A stretch of DNA of 64,000 bases from Lama guanicoe (taxonomy: Eukaryota). Each line of letters opens with the position of its first letter. Positions within the stretch are counted from its first letter, which is position 1. The stretch lies in the NCBI GenBank assembly GCA_013239625.1, contig MU056262.1, positions 3,198,992 to 3,262,991 on the forward strand, read 5' to 3'. The notes under the pieces are model-generated. The model did no database searches. It was not told the DNA's origin and was given only the letters and a program-made list of their open reading frames with translations. Both the position numbers and the translations under genes were made by a program. Below, piece by piece: positions 23,997-36,442 of this stretch.

Positions 23997-24608
23997 TGCA
24001 GGGGAGAAAAACTTCTTCTCTTCTAGGTTCTTTGACACGTCTAATAATTAAATTGACATAAGACCAATTAACAGGAGCAAAACAAATTTATTTTCATTTA
24101 TGTGGGAACTCATACAAATACGAGACCCAAAGTAGTGACCAAAGCAGGCAGTTTTTAAAGAAACATTTTAGACAAAGAAATAATAAAAATTTGTAAAGAA
24201 CTGACAAAATAAAGAGGTTTGGGCTTGGGGCCGTTAATTAGTGAAGACGGCCTGAGGGTTCTTTATACAACCTTCTTGGCCCTGAATTTCCTATCTGTGG
24301 TGATGAGGATGTCTCTCTACCTCCTCGAACCTTTCACATGGGAGATTTTTTTTTAAATCATTTATTTAATTTTTTCTTTAATTTTTATACAATTTTTAAA
24401 GGTTACACCCCATTTACAGTTATTACAAAGTATTCGCTATATCCCCCACGTTGTGCAACACGTGGGAGATTTATGTCCTGCTTTCCAGGGAACAAAGGAG
24501 GGTCAGGGCGTCCTTCTTGCACCTGCTGTTTCTTAGGTAATTTTAATTCACAATAATCACTATGCTCAAGTGGCATCTTTTGGGGGTGGCCTATTCTGCT
24601 TCCCTTCA
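23997..24608 (-). mobile_element. ERV1 solo LTR, MER34-like, interrupted by an L1 stub
   Basis: Minus strand starts TGAAGGGAAGCAGAATAGGCCACCCCCAAAAGATGCCACTTGAGCATAGTGATTATT (MER34-type start) and ends ...CTCCCCTGCA; flanks GGAC/GGGC (3/4 match to a 4-bp TSD). Confidence 0.75.
24349..24458 (-). mobile_element. 5'-truncated L1 3' tip inserted in the MER34-like LTR
   Basis: T-rich tail then TTTAAAGGTTACACCCCATTTACAGTTATTACAAAGTATTCGCTATATCCCC; 14-bp TSD CACATGGGAGATTT / CACGTGGGAGATTT. Confidence 0.8.
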
Positions 24609-24804
24609 GGGCCAATGATGTAAATCACATGAAATGCATATGTAAGTTATATTGCACAGTATAAATCTAAGGTGGCACCAGATTAACAGAATAATGATTA
24701 ACCGTGAATCACCAAAGTATTTATTAGCTTTTAATTGCCCTAATAATAGTGACAGTCGAAAGTGCTGGGATAATTATAAACCTGTCTGTATTGTGGTGTC
24801 GTTG

Positions 24805-25030
24805 GATAGGCACAAGTTTGGAGCCAGACAGACCTAAACAGACCCCGGGTTTTCATTGTCATAGCTTCACGACATTGAACAATGCATTTTACCTTTGCAG
24901 AATGTGGATGATGGTTTCCATTTCCAGGTTTGTTTAACGGGTTAGAGATAATGTATCTAAAGCATGTGGCATTGTGCCTGACACACAGATAGTCAATATT
25001 CAGCAGCAGCAGTGGCAGCAGTAACTGTTG
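24805..25030 (+). mobile_element. MIR SINE
   Basis: TTTGGAGCCAGACAGACCT...GTTAGAGATAATGTATCTAAAGCATGTGGCATTGTGCCTGACACA. Confidence 0.65.
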
Positions 25031-25906
25031 TCATTATGGTCCTTGCTTCCAGAAGTTTCCATCATAAAAAGAGAGATTGAGTCCCTTTCGAAGTAAAACA
25101 GGCAGTACACCCTCCAGAGGGTCCTGAGGCAAGGTGGCAGTGTAGCCAAGATGGTAGGTAGATGGAGGTCTCGGTTCTGGCCAGTGAAGTGAGGTCTGGC
25201 ACGTGCTCCTGGGGAGACATGCAGACGGACACTTGTTCCCCCAGGTCTTTGGGACTATCTTCTTTATGGACACCCAGGAAAGACGTTTCCACCTAGAGGC
25301 ACCTTGTTCCATGCAAGTACCCCATTCAGCTCACTCTGAAGCTGATACTGTTCACTTGCATCACACTGATATCTACCAGAAGAGGAATAGGACTTAAATT
25401 TCCCTTGTCAGTTTTATCAGAGAGGAAAGCCATTGAACAATTCCTCAATCCCGTGTCCGAAGTTCATCACTGAGCTGGCTCTGAGTTTGCCTAGATAAGT
25501 TGCTGAATTACTCTATTGCTCTAAGTATCAGTTTCCTTATCAGGAAAATTGTGCCCATAGTAAAATCCGCTATACAGGGATACACTGGGCCATTTCGCCC
25601 TATCCTCACACCAAGTGCCTCACCACAGGTCCTTATAGATGTGGTGTTTCAGCTTCTGCTCCAGTCCCTGCGAGGAAGATCTTACCCATGACCAGGGGAA
25701 ACCAAGGTGGTCTGCTTCGTCCTTTTGCTTCCATTTTCACTGTGTTCTGTATCATGGTCACCGAGAAAGGCCAAACCCTCTCCCCTCCCCTTAATACTAA
25801 ATAATAGACCAGTGCACTGAAACCACTGTTGGTAGCTGTTGTTAATGACTGTTCTCTAAACTCATTAAGAAGAGGTTAAATTGTTTCATTCAAAATAAAA
25901 TCACAG

Positions 25907-26013
25907 TCCTCCTCCTCCTCATTCTTCTTCTTCTCCTTTTTTCCTTCTTCTTCCTCTTCCCTTCCTCCTTCTTCTCCTCCTCCTCCTCCTTCTTCTTCAT
26001 CATCATCACCATC
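25907..26013. repeat. Compound (CCT)/(CTT)/(CAT) triplet microsatellite
   Basis: Seen directly in the sequence. Confidence 0.9.
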
Positions 26014-26041
26014 ATTCATTAAAAGTTTTCTATGTGGCCAT

Positions 26042-26386
26042 TGCTAGGGTCTGAATGTTTGTGTCCCCCCCAGACTCATAGAATGTTGAAATCTAGTCTC
26101 TAAGCTGATAGTATTTGGAGGTGGGGCCTTTGAGAAGTAATTAGGTTATGAAGGTGGAAGCCCTCATGATTCAGATGGGTGCTTTTATAAAAGAGGTCCC
26201 ACAGAGCATCCTAGCCCCTTCCAGTATCTGAGGGCACAGAGAGCCTGCCACCCAGGAGAGAACCTGACCATGGTGCCACCTTGACCTCAGACTTACAGCC
26301 TCCAAAACAGTGCAAAGCACATTTCTGTTGTTTATAAACCAGTGATCTGCAGTACTTTTTCACAGCAGCCCTAGCAGACTAAGACA
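26042..26386 (+). mobile_element. Solo MaLR LTR, MLT1A-like, inserted in an antisense MIR
   Basis: TGCTAGGGTCTGAATGTTTGTGTCCCCCC...TTTGGAGGTGGGGCCTTTG...CAGCCTCCAAAACAGTG...GACTAAGACA. Confidence 0.9.
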
Positions 26387-26580
26387 TCTCTCCCTGGGCT
26401 GTGCTACATACATTATCTCATTTAATCCCTAAAACAACTTTACAAGGTAAGTGTTATTATTATCCCCATTTTATACATGAAATAGCTGAGACTATTTTTG
26501 GTGAATAATCTGCCCCAAGTTTTAGAGCTAATACACAGGAGGCTGGAGTTTGAACGACATACTCTGACTGTAATGTCCAC
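26387..26580 (-). mobile_element. MIR SINE (its 3' tip lies at ~26012-26041, left of the LTR)
   Basis: CATTATCTCATTTAATCC...ATTATCCCCATTTTATACATGA...CTGAGACT...TGCCCCAAG...GGAGTTTGAAC. Confidence 0.8.
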
Positions 26581-27231
26581 TTACAATTCTTTGTACGTTA
26601 TTCTCATCTAAGATCATGTGACTGAAGCTAAGTGGCTTAAAATCATTAGGACGTTTTCATACCACGTACCTTAGACATTGGTTGGTCATCACTGCAGTGT
26701 GACAGTGATGAGGCTATTTGTTCATTTTTTTCCCCTAAAAGGTCTTTATCTCTGAGAAAATTCCTATTCCAATCTTATTAGAATCAGCAGTGCAGCAACT
26801 GTAAACACATCTTCTTGTAATTGTCTGTAGGTAATATGGTCCTGAATTGTTTTAATCTATAGTAGAACTAGAAGAATGTTATACACATCAGTCTTATAAA
26901 TAATATGACATAAATAACAGCTACATTTCGTGACAAAGAATTATTTTCTTCAAAAGTAATCACTCATTTTGGTGGGAATTGGAAATTTGCATCCAGCATT
27001 GACTCCTTAGGTAATTTGGATGAGGTTCCTTTACTTAATTGTCTGGATGTTTAATACCTAGAAATAATTAGTTTTTCTTTGAGAATCGTCAAGATCTACT
27101 AACACTTTCTATTTTTGCCTGGGGTAAGGAGCAAAATCATGTTTATGGTAATAGTATTAGTACCTATTTTGCTGTTAGCATTGTAGAGTTGCTACAGACT
27201 TGACAGAATAAATCTCAAGTGCCTGGTGCAG

Positions 27232-27685
27232 TTCATTCATGTAATAATTCATTGTATTTAGAGAAAACCTACTATGTGCTGGACCCTGTGCTATATCTTG
27301 GGTGTGCAATGGTGGGTACCACAGAATCAGACCTAAATACTGATCTCAAGAACATGTTTTGTCTGGGGTTAGATGCAGATAATAAAAAAAGAAAAATATG
27401 CCTTCCAAATTTCACTAAGTCCTATAAAAACAGATCTAGGAAAGAGAATAGCTTAATGATCAGGGTCTCTGAGGACTTAATTTGAAGCAGAGCTCTGAAG
27501 CTGAGGAGTTACCCAGGCCAGCAAAGGACAAAGGTGTGTTCCAGGAAGAAAGAAGAGGATGTGGGATTCTTTGGGATTGGAAACAATACAATGTTTTGGA
27601 AGAACTGAAAGAAGGCCAGTGTAGTTTGGACTTAGGAGACAGTTTATAGCTCATGGTGAGGTCATCGAAGTCGGTGGAAAGCACT
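27232..27685 (-). mobile_element. L2 fragment
   Basis: TTCATTCA...CCTACTATGTGCTGGACCCTGTGCT...GAAGAACTGAAAGAAGGCCAGTGTAG. Confidence 0.7.
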
Positions 27686-27829
27686 GAGATTTTTCAAAGT
27701 TAAGGAACCTTCTCTGGGCCGCCTAGCTAATTGTGATCACTTGAACCCAGGTTTTTATGACTGCAAATGTCAATTTTTTTCTCATGAAGTCCCTAGAATG
27801 AGAACACTCAATAAAATAATGATGATAAT

Positions 27830-28060
27830 TAGTAATAATAGTAGCTAAACTGAGTTAGAACTTCCATGTGTCAAGCTCTCCTCTCATCACCTTTCAAGCA
27901 CTGAAGAGCTTAATCACATGGAACTTAGGAGTTATTTTAATCTTTGCATGAAAATTAATATTATACCTGTCATACAATGTATAAAGGTTAAATAACTTGT
28001 CCATATCACACAGCTACTAAGGGATGGACTTGAATTTGAACCCAGGGTTGTATGATACTT
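27830..28060 (-). mobile_element. MIR SINE (degenerate)
   Basis: AGGTTAAATAACTTGTCCATATCACACAGCTA...GAATTTGAACCCAGG. Confidence 0.65.
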
Positions 28061-28099
28061 TAAAGATTGGAATTTACTCCTCATTTTAATGGCAGATTA

Positions 28100-28710
28100 A
28101 TTTTTTTTTTAATGAAGCTATTTACAACTGGCCAAAAAGTTGTAAGAACTGTATCATATCTTTTCCTGGAACTGTTTGAGAGGAACTGGCTGACACGAGG
28201 CACTACTGTCCCTAAAAACTTTAGCATATGATGTCTATAACCAAGACATTCTCTTACATGACTGCAGTGTAACCATCTAAATCAGAAAATTGAAATCGAT
28301 ACCTTTTTTTCCCAATGCAAGACTCGATTCAAATTTAATTGATTGTGTTAATAATGTCTTTTCAGCAAAAAAATCCAGTCTAGGATCATACATGGCATAT
28401 AATTGCCATGTTTATTTAGCCTCCTTCCATCTGCAGAGCTCCCCATTCTTTGCTTGGCATTCATGCCCTTGTGGCTTTTGAAGATGACAGGCACACTGTT
28501 TTATAGAATCTGCCTCAGTTTGGGTTTATCTGATACTTCCTCATGATTGGACCCATGTCACAGAATGTTTGGGGACAAGGGTATGACAAATATATTACTG
28601 TGTTCTTGTTATTGCCCCCTATTGGGCGATATACGATTTCAGTGTGTCCCAGTTTTGCAGATAATAGTATTGACCCCCTGACTGACGTGTCTGTGAAGCT
28701 TCTCCAGACC
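28100..28710 (-). mobile_element. Old L1 (L1MC-like) 3' UTR fragment
   Basis: CAAGACATTCTCTTACAT...CCAGTCTAGGATCA...TTTTATAGAATCTGCCTCAGTTTGGGTTTATCTGATACTTCCTCATGATT. Confidence 0.7.
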
Positions 28711-29272
28711 ATTTGAGCTTTAACACCCTGGGCTGGGCTTCTGCCCCACCCTCACCACACTCCTTCCTGCACAAATCCCTCCTCTACCCATCTGAGCTCC
28801 GACTTCCTGTCCAGGCCACCATGGCTACTCCTGCTCATGCACCTCCAATCCCAGGCTTTTTCTCTACTCACCTGCCACCCGTTCAGGCTTTGACTATCCT
28901 GAGTCCCCGTGACCCCATCTCACCTAACAGCTGCCAGTCAGAATTATAAAGGAAGGAAGAAGAAAGGAAGGGAGGAAGGAAAAAAAAGCCAAAAGATAAC
29001 TTTTAGTTTAAAATACAAGGCATAGAGGTATTTATTGCTTTCATTTGAGAAAAGTGCTCAAAGTGATGCCAGCTGAAATAACATTGTTCTTTCTCATTAC
29101 ACTCCACCGAAATTACTGCCTGTGCTCCAAACAACAACAGTAAAAACAAACAAAACGAAAAGCATTGCTCATATAAATTTTCTCCTTTCAACAAAATACA
29201 TTAGGATATGCTCCATGTGCAAAGAATAACCGTTATTAGCAAAAGGGCCAACCCTATACATATATAGAAATA

Positions 29273-29297
29273 TATGTGTGTGTGTGTGTGTGTGTGT
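29273..29297. repeat. (TG)n microsatellite
   Basis: Seen directly in the sequence. Confidence 0.9.
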
Positions 29298-29879
29298 AGA
29301 ATGGCTTTCACGGTGCTATGATCTCTTAGTCTGCCTCTTTGTATCTGCTGTTTAGTTGTGTAATTACCGCTCTCGGGAACATAGGTAATTTCCTAGTGGG
29401 ATGAGGCGATCGTTAATCATGACGTACCCGAGTTCTTTTTTCCCTCTATTCTGGACAATGTAAACATGAAACTGGAGAACACAATCCTGCTTTCCTTCAG
29501 TTTTGTACCATGGCGCTCTTAATGTCTACCTTCCATAAAGGCAGCAATACACTTGTATAAGAACTAGTTTGGAGTCAAGTCCAAGATCTACTACTTACAA
29601 CTTGACTTTAATCCTGTGACTTACTCATAGAAGCTTCAGATACTTTATCTCTAAAATAAGTATAATTTTACGAGAGCAATTACTGTTGTGAAGACCAAAT
29701 ACAGTAGGTAATTAAAGTAGGTAAAGTATTAGCATGGCATATTATGAACTACAAAGCATAGACTTACATTCACCAAGTGCTTCTCATTGCTGACAGCCAC
29801 TCTCTTTTGAACGCAATAGTACTATGTTAATTTCTCTCTCATAACAAAAGTTGTGTCCTATCTGGGAATCATATGGAGT

Positions 29880-30050
29880 TCATCTCCACTGGGCTGCGAT
29901 CTTCTTAAGGGCAGGGGTCATTTCCCGTTGCTATATCCTCAGCACTTAGCAAAGTTACTTGTAACATAAAAGGTGATTGATGTATATGTGGATTGGAGGA
30001 TGGAAGGTGGTGAAATGATTAGATGAGTGGATAAATGGATGAAAGAATAA
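29880..30050 (+). mobile_element. L2 3' end
   Basis: CTTAAGGGCAGGGGTCAT...TATATCCTCAGCACTTAGCA... followed by a GGAT/GAAT-rich tail. Confidence 0.65.
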
Positions 30051-33029
30051 ACAATTATGACAAGGTTAGAATAAGGGGCTCAACATTTTTGAACATCCAC
30101 TCTGCACCAACTAGTTGGCAATTTTACATATATTATGTTATTAATACCTCATCAAGTTATTATGTTCAAGAAGAGAGAGACAAAACTATTAAGTAAAAAA
30201 CAAAACCAAAACAGTCCATACTTTTGAATTTACCAAAAGAGCTCTACAAATGTTCTTTCTGCTTTGAGATAGTGGACTCTATTTATTCAACATAAGAGAA
30301 ATATTTGGTATTAACCTGGGAGATAAAATTGTATAATTATTAATTATTAGAGCTTAGTCTAGACTGTTAAGGTAGAAAAAAAGAATGAACGTTTTGGTGC
30401 ACATTTCCAAACTCAAACAAGCCTGTGGCCTTCTCAAGACACAGTTTTCCTTGTTTTGTTTTGTTTTTTATTCTGGATTCAGTCCAATAATATCAAAGGT
30501 GAAGAATTAAACCTATGCAATGTCTTTGAAGGATAACTCTGAGGGATTGTGTAGGCAAAGAATTTGTAGACTCATATAGATCACCACTACACCATTATTT
30601 ATCATTTCTTCATAAAAGTTCATGCCTATGCGTAGGATGATGTGAACTGAAATGTGAGAAAATGGAGCTTATACCAGAGGGGTGGTTAAAAGAATTCTAA
30701 AAGGAAAATCACATATACAGTAGCCCATTCATATAGCAGCTCTTGGTGAAATATAACTGCATTCTAGAATCTAGAATCCTCATCTGGAATGTAGTGCTAG
30801 GTATTTGGGAGGAAAAGCCAGTGATGGGTGTCACCTGCCTTCCAGTATCTCCCAGTCATTAGAGTCCCAGATTCTGAAAAAAATAAACACGTGGTTTCAG
30901 ACATGTGGTGAATGCTTGCGTAGCAGAGCGGAAGAGATGCTAGCAGAGGACTAAGAATATGGTCCTTAACAGGCTGAAGGAGTTAAGGATAGTTCTCTAA
31001 AATAAGTGACATTTTATTTTGTTCACAAAAGATGAGTGGAAATCTGACAGATGGATAAGGTGAGGCATATTGTGAGAGAGCAAACCATGAGATGCTCTTG
31101 GTTCCTTATGACTCCAGTGGTTTCAGATGGCTCTGAAGCTCACAAAGTTTCGTGTTTAGAGTGACAGTTGAGACAGAGAAAGCTGAGATAGGCTGGGATC
31201 ATCGGACCATGAACCATAAAGGGGAATGCATGAAAGCACAGCTCTGTCTTTTTTGGCTGTCATTTTGGAGTCTCTGCAAATTATTTATACATATTATATG
31301 TTTGTATAAATGTAAGTTATATATATACATATATGCGCACTATATTTGGAAATATTTTCCAAATGTACATGTGTATACATGTGTATGTACATAGTGCATC
31401 TATGCATGTATTTATATATTTTTGAAGTGCAAGGTACAAGCTACAATTTTATGGATTAGTACACACATGCAAACGAGGAAGCTTGATCATTGTCTCTTCC
31501 TTCCCTTTTACATTTTTTGTTGTTTTCTCTCCCAGGAATAGTCACGTGTTGGTTCCTTCTGACTGGTCTCCTTCTTTCTTCTTTGTTTCGAACAGTACTC
31601 AAAACTTGGACAAATACTTCAAAAAATAGAGTTTCTTCTAACCTTCCTTATTATTTTGAGTCCTGATGAAGTGTGACCTTCATAGGATTAGAAAATCCCC
31701 AAATCCCAGTGAATGTCCTGATAAGGAGCATGTCTCGGTGTCCGCTGTTGTCCCCTCCATGCTTCTAGAAATCAGTCGTGTTCTTATGCTTCATTAGTGC
31801 CCAGGAGAAGACCTTTCTAAGGATGTAGAGGTGCCATTTAGCTTCTATGGGCTACGTGCTATCAGCGTGTCCTTTTTGGTCCCGTAATTTCCCAGCCCAC
31901 ATCATCAATCCCAGAAACAGCACTCCTAACATACTCTGTCAGTGATGTCTAAAATGCCGATTGATATCTGAATTTCGTCAGAGCTGAAACAAGCACATAC
32001 ATAAATCCAGCTCTGTATAGCAGACGATAGGAACTGTCCCAATCCCTTTATTTGCAATTGGACGGGAACAGGCATATCAAACCACACTCTGCTCACCAAA
32101 ATGCTAGCTCAGTTGCAATTATCGCTCCTCTTTTCTGTGAGACCATATTGTGCCACTCATTTTCTGTATTTGAAAGATATTTTTAGTTTTCCTAAGAAGG
32201 TTATTAGGTTTTCCAAAATGAGATAAACACAGTTTGGTTTTTTGAAAACCAAAGATCCCCTTTAAGAAAGACTATCCCTTCTGTTTGCTTTGAAGGTAAT
32301 CATTTGTTGGCAACAGTAAGCCCAGAACAAAAGAATCGCAGTGGCATGCGTGAAGCTTAGAGAATTGGTTCAGAAAAGCTCCCCCGATGCAGGTCTTTGG
32401 GAGCCAGTAATTTAAACCTGTGACACACTGTTGCATTGGCCCCAGATACACAGGGTCATCTGATTCTGCCTATGCCTAAATGGCCAAATGAATTTCCATC
32501 CCTTTTAAAGTTACTATGCCTGTAGAACTCAAGAGTCTGTGGTTAGTTTACTGTCACTCCTGAAAAGTTCTGTTTCTCTGATAGTAACTGATAAAGTCAG
32601 GGATTTCTCAAAGTCAATCACTCAAAATAAAGAACTTAAATCCATTTGAACATACCTCTGGGAAGCAGATCTGCATTAACCTAGTCTATGACTTCTCTGG
32701 CAATAATCAGGTTTAAGAGAGTACACAGCCACTGGTGATTTCTGCAAGTGATACAATGAGGGGAGAGAGACAATGAGGCAAACACAAAATGGGGCCTGGG
32801 ATTAAGGGATCTTCCAGTCAGCCATGTGTGGAACGTTGAAAATTAATGTGGTATTGTTTAGCGAGCAGCTGTCAAGTTATTGTAATTTGCAAATTTTTTT
32901 TTCCCTCTTCCCTGTCACTGAAAGGCATGTTAGAAATGGCTTCATTTCTGAGGGATGACAAAGTTAATCCTATTTGGAGTTCCAGGTGAAAAAAAATGAC
33001 ACTTAAAACTCGTCTTGCATTTGTCAAAT

Positions 33030-33170
33030 GAGCCAGTGAGTTCAACATTTACTGAGTACTTCTGAATGGAGACCCAGTGTTAGATACTAGGGTCATAAAG
33101 ATGAATCGAGAACAGTCACCTCCATCAAGATACTTAGTATCTGGTGAGAGTTACACAGGGAACAGCACTT
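33030..33170 (-). mobile_element. L2 3' fragment
   Basis: TTCAACATTTACTGAGTAC...GTGTTAGATACTAGGG...AAAGATGAAT. Confidence 0.55.
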
Positions 33171-34519
33171 TCTGATTTGTTTGTTTCTGTAAACCTGCGG
33201 GTAGAAGTAAGCAAAGGGTGGGAGGGGAGGACATAGGTGGACCTAGTGGATTGCCTTAAAGGTGAAGAGCCATGGGCATGGGTCTGTCGGGGCCTTTATT
33301 TATCCAGAGGCAATCTGTTCTCCATAGAAACACCTCATTGTATTGCAATTACACAATAATGTCTGTTAAACACAGTTTAATGACCTGCACATGATCAAGA
33401 GTGCTGTGTGTCATCTTCCAGCATCTAGAGGTGTGTGGCATCTTGTATGCACAAAGTAAAAGTTTGAGTAAATACATCAAAAAGTGACAGAAATGTAGTC
33501 ATGCCTAAGGACGACTTTTGAGAACAATATTAGCGGCACAATATCCAAGTTCAAAAGAAACACAAACACAGGACTCTTACTGTGATACAAAATAGCAATT
33601 CAGAAGCTATGACAATAATAAACACTTCAGGAAATGAGGGTGAGGGGGGGTCTAAGATAGGCAAGGAGAAACCCCTCCTGGATACTATGCATGTAGGAAT
33701 GCATAGGAATGATTCATCGGAGGTGGTGAATTTTGAGGGGGTAGGGCCAGCTGATAACTGTAAAAGTACAGAAGTTGTCCAGATGAGCTGCAGAAATACA
33801 TACATACGTATGTATGTACAGACCTTCATCTCTTTGCACCCACTCTTTGCCAAGGCATGCCAGAATGACAATTGATTTAAATTTCCACAACCCTTCCCTA
33901 CATCGCTCTAACAGTAAAAGCCTTCCAGTCATAAGAACTCCACTGCACCCCCAAATAGAAGTGCCATCAGGTTCACTTTGATAAATTGATCTCATTCTGT
34001 GTCTGGGAGGTCTAGTAGGGATGGCGGCCATATAGACTGATGACCTGATTTTGCCTGGCTGGGGACTTCCTACATGCCTGTTGGTCAGAAGTGGGTCAGC
34101 TGCTGCAGGCTCACTTTGGCTGCAGAAAAAATAAAATGTAATGGACCAAAGAAGTTGGCATCCAAACAAAAGTGTAATCACTTGATAATGGGTATGCTTT
34201 TATTATCCAAGCCACCCATTCAGCAGTAGACTATCTGTCAGTCTCTCTGATGAAAGAGAAGGTGCTTTAGAAAGAGTTTCTCTCATTTCCATGGATTTTC
34301 AAGGAAGGTTTGTTCTCATCTGGCATTTGTTTTGTTTCTAAGTTTCTTAATTTGGGTGAGCAAATTGTAGGGGGGATAAAGAGGATTCCAAGATACCATT
34401 CTGAGACATCAGGTCAGGAAGCTTGACTGTAAACTCAGATCTACCACTTTTTTAGATGACTTTAATCAGTCAGTTTCTCTGGGCTTCAGTCTTATCTGTC
34501 TGTAAAATTTCTCCATCAT

Positions 34520-34900
34520 TCATCCCTGCATTCATTCATTTGGCAAGTATATTCTGAGAATGGTATGCACCAATGTAGGTACTAGAAATGCAGTGTAAGG
34601 AAAACATCTATTATTATCAATGAATCATGAAGCTCACCATGCATTGTATTTATTTGAAAGGCTCCCATAATATAAACATGAATAATACGAACATTAACCT
34701 AGTCAGAAAGATCCTTATGAGAAAAACAATGCTTGAACTGAGATCTAAGGTTAACTAGGTGATGAGGAATAGAGAAGAGGAATAGAAAAGAATTTTCAAG
34801 GCAAGGAGAACAGTATTTGCAAAGGCCCTGTGGTTGGAAAGATTGTAGAAGTTTGAGAAAAGCCAGTGAGAATATAATTCAGGGAACAGGGAAACAATAC
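34520..34900 (-). mobile_element. L2 fragment
   Basis: CATTCATTCATT...; GCTTGAACTGAGATCT...GAACAGTATTTGCAAAGGCCCTGTGG. Confidence 0.65.
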
Positions 34901-34908
34901 AGCGATAA

Positions 34909-35078
34909 CAGTGCTTCTCAATTGATCATATGCGTATAAAACACGTGGGGATTCTCTTTAATATGCAGGTTCTGCTTTAGTAGGTTTGAAGTGGAGCCTG
35001 AAAGCAGAAGCTCTTTCAGAGAGACCTTGGAGGTGATGTCAGTGTTCCTAGTCCACAGAACCGCGCTGAGTAATAAAG
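34909..35078. mobile_element. MER5A/B-like hAT MITE
   Basis: CAGTGCTTCTCAA...ATGCAGGTTCTG...AGTAGGTTTGAAGTGGAGCCTGA...GGTGATG...AGTCCACAGAACC. Confidence 0.7.
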
Positions 35079-36383
35079 TGCTGGAGGGGGTCTGGTTTCT
35101 GCCATTATGACCAAAAAGGGGGGTTTTGTGGTTTATTTCAGTGTTTCCTAGGAAAGAGCAGGGATGGTACCTCAGGCATATCAGAACAACAGCTATGCCA
35201 TCTTTTTCTTTCTTTTTCTCCTTTCCCTCTCTTCAAAGCAAATGGAGTCCGAAAACATTTTGCCCAAGTACAAATAGCCCTTTTCTACCCAAGGAGGACG
35301 GGACATAATCGGCCTGGCTAGAGTTTCAAGCCAGTTGTCTGAACCAATCTCCATAGGTGGTGAGGAGTTACTGGCCCATCTTGGGTCCTAAGTCTACCCT
35401 GGTCAGATGTTACCTGATTTACCTAAATATGTAGTTACCAAGGTGTCAGCACTAGAAGGGGAATAATTGTGAGCTTATCAATAATCCCAATTTATGTCTC
35501 CTAATAATATCAAAACAATAGATTAAATACAGAGCCATAGCTTAGGGTTTGATAACGCTTGGACAAGAAACATAAAGAAATGTCCTTTCACTCTTTAATT
35601 GTTCTATTTATTTATGCACTAACATGAGTGATCATTATTTAGGAAGGAAAGCAAGAAAACGCCAAATTCAATTCTACTGCTACTAATCCCCCAAAATGTA
35701 TGTTGGAACCAGACAAATAGAATTCTATTTTGAGTTGCTTTGATTCTATAGACAATTCCTGTGGATGTTCAGAATAGAGGCAGCAAAGGTCAACAGCGTT
35801 ACATGGGATCCAGGACCTTACCACAAGCTCCTCCAGCATGTGAAGAATTATTATGAGGCCAGGGACTCTTTCTTCTCCTAATAGCAGGTCCTATTTAATG
35901 GAGAGAAAACATCAGTTGAAAAGGAATAAGTCAATGTCAAGGTCATTCTGACATAGTTAAAATTACAAAGATGCAAGCTTGAGTTATCCTCCTGTGACCC
36001 TGGGTATACCATTCGTTCACTTATAATACACATTAAGTACATATCATGATATGCCCTTGAATTCAAGAAGCTTAGTCAATTGGGGAGCACCACAGTAGTT
36101 ACAAACAATTCCTATAAGCAGAGAAATTTGAATGATAGGCAGAATTATAATAAGGTGGAATAGATCTCTGGGAGATAGAGAACCAGAATTTGCTATTGTG
36201 TCAGAGAGATCTTCATGGAAGTGGAAGCATTTCCAGCATTTCAGCTGATGTGTGAAGAATTCATTTGTGGGGGATTTTCAGGTGGCAGGAAGTTTAAGAC
36301 AGAGCAAAGAGCCATTTACAATGTTCTCAAATGTTCTAAGAGTCTGTATGAGTAGGTTGGAAGGGCAGGTGGATCCAGTGTAC

Positions 36384-36385
<2 letters not shown>

Positions 36386-36440
<55 letters not shown>
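36386..36440. repeat. Compound (TG)n(AG)n microsatellite
   Basis: Seen directly in the sequence. Confidence 0.95.

Positions 36441-36442
<2 letters not shown>

Noticed and set aside
33551-34181. Three overlapping ORFs of 97-155 aa
   Set aside because: No homology recognised; they include a microsatellite palindrome; chance ORFs
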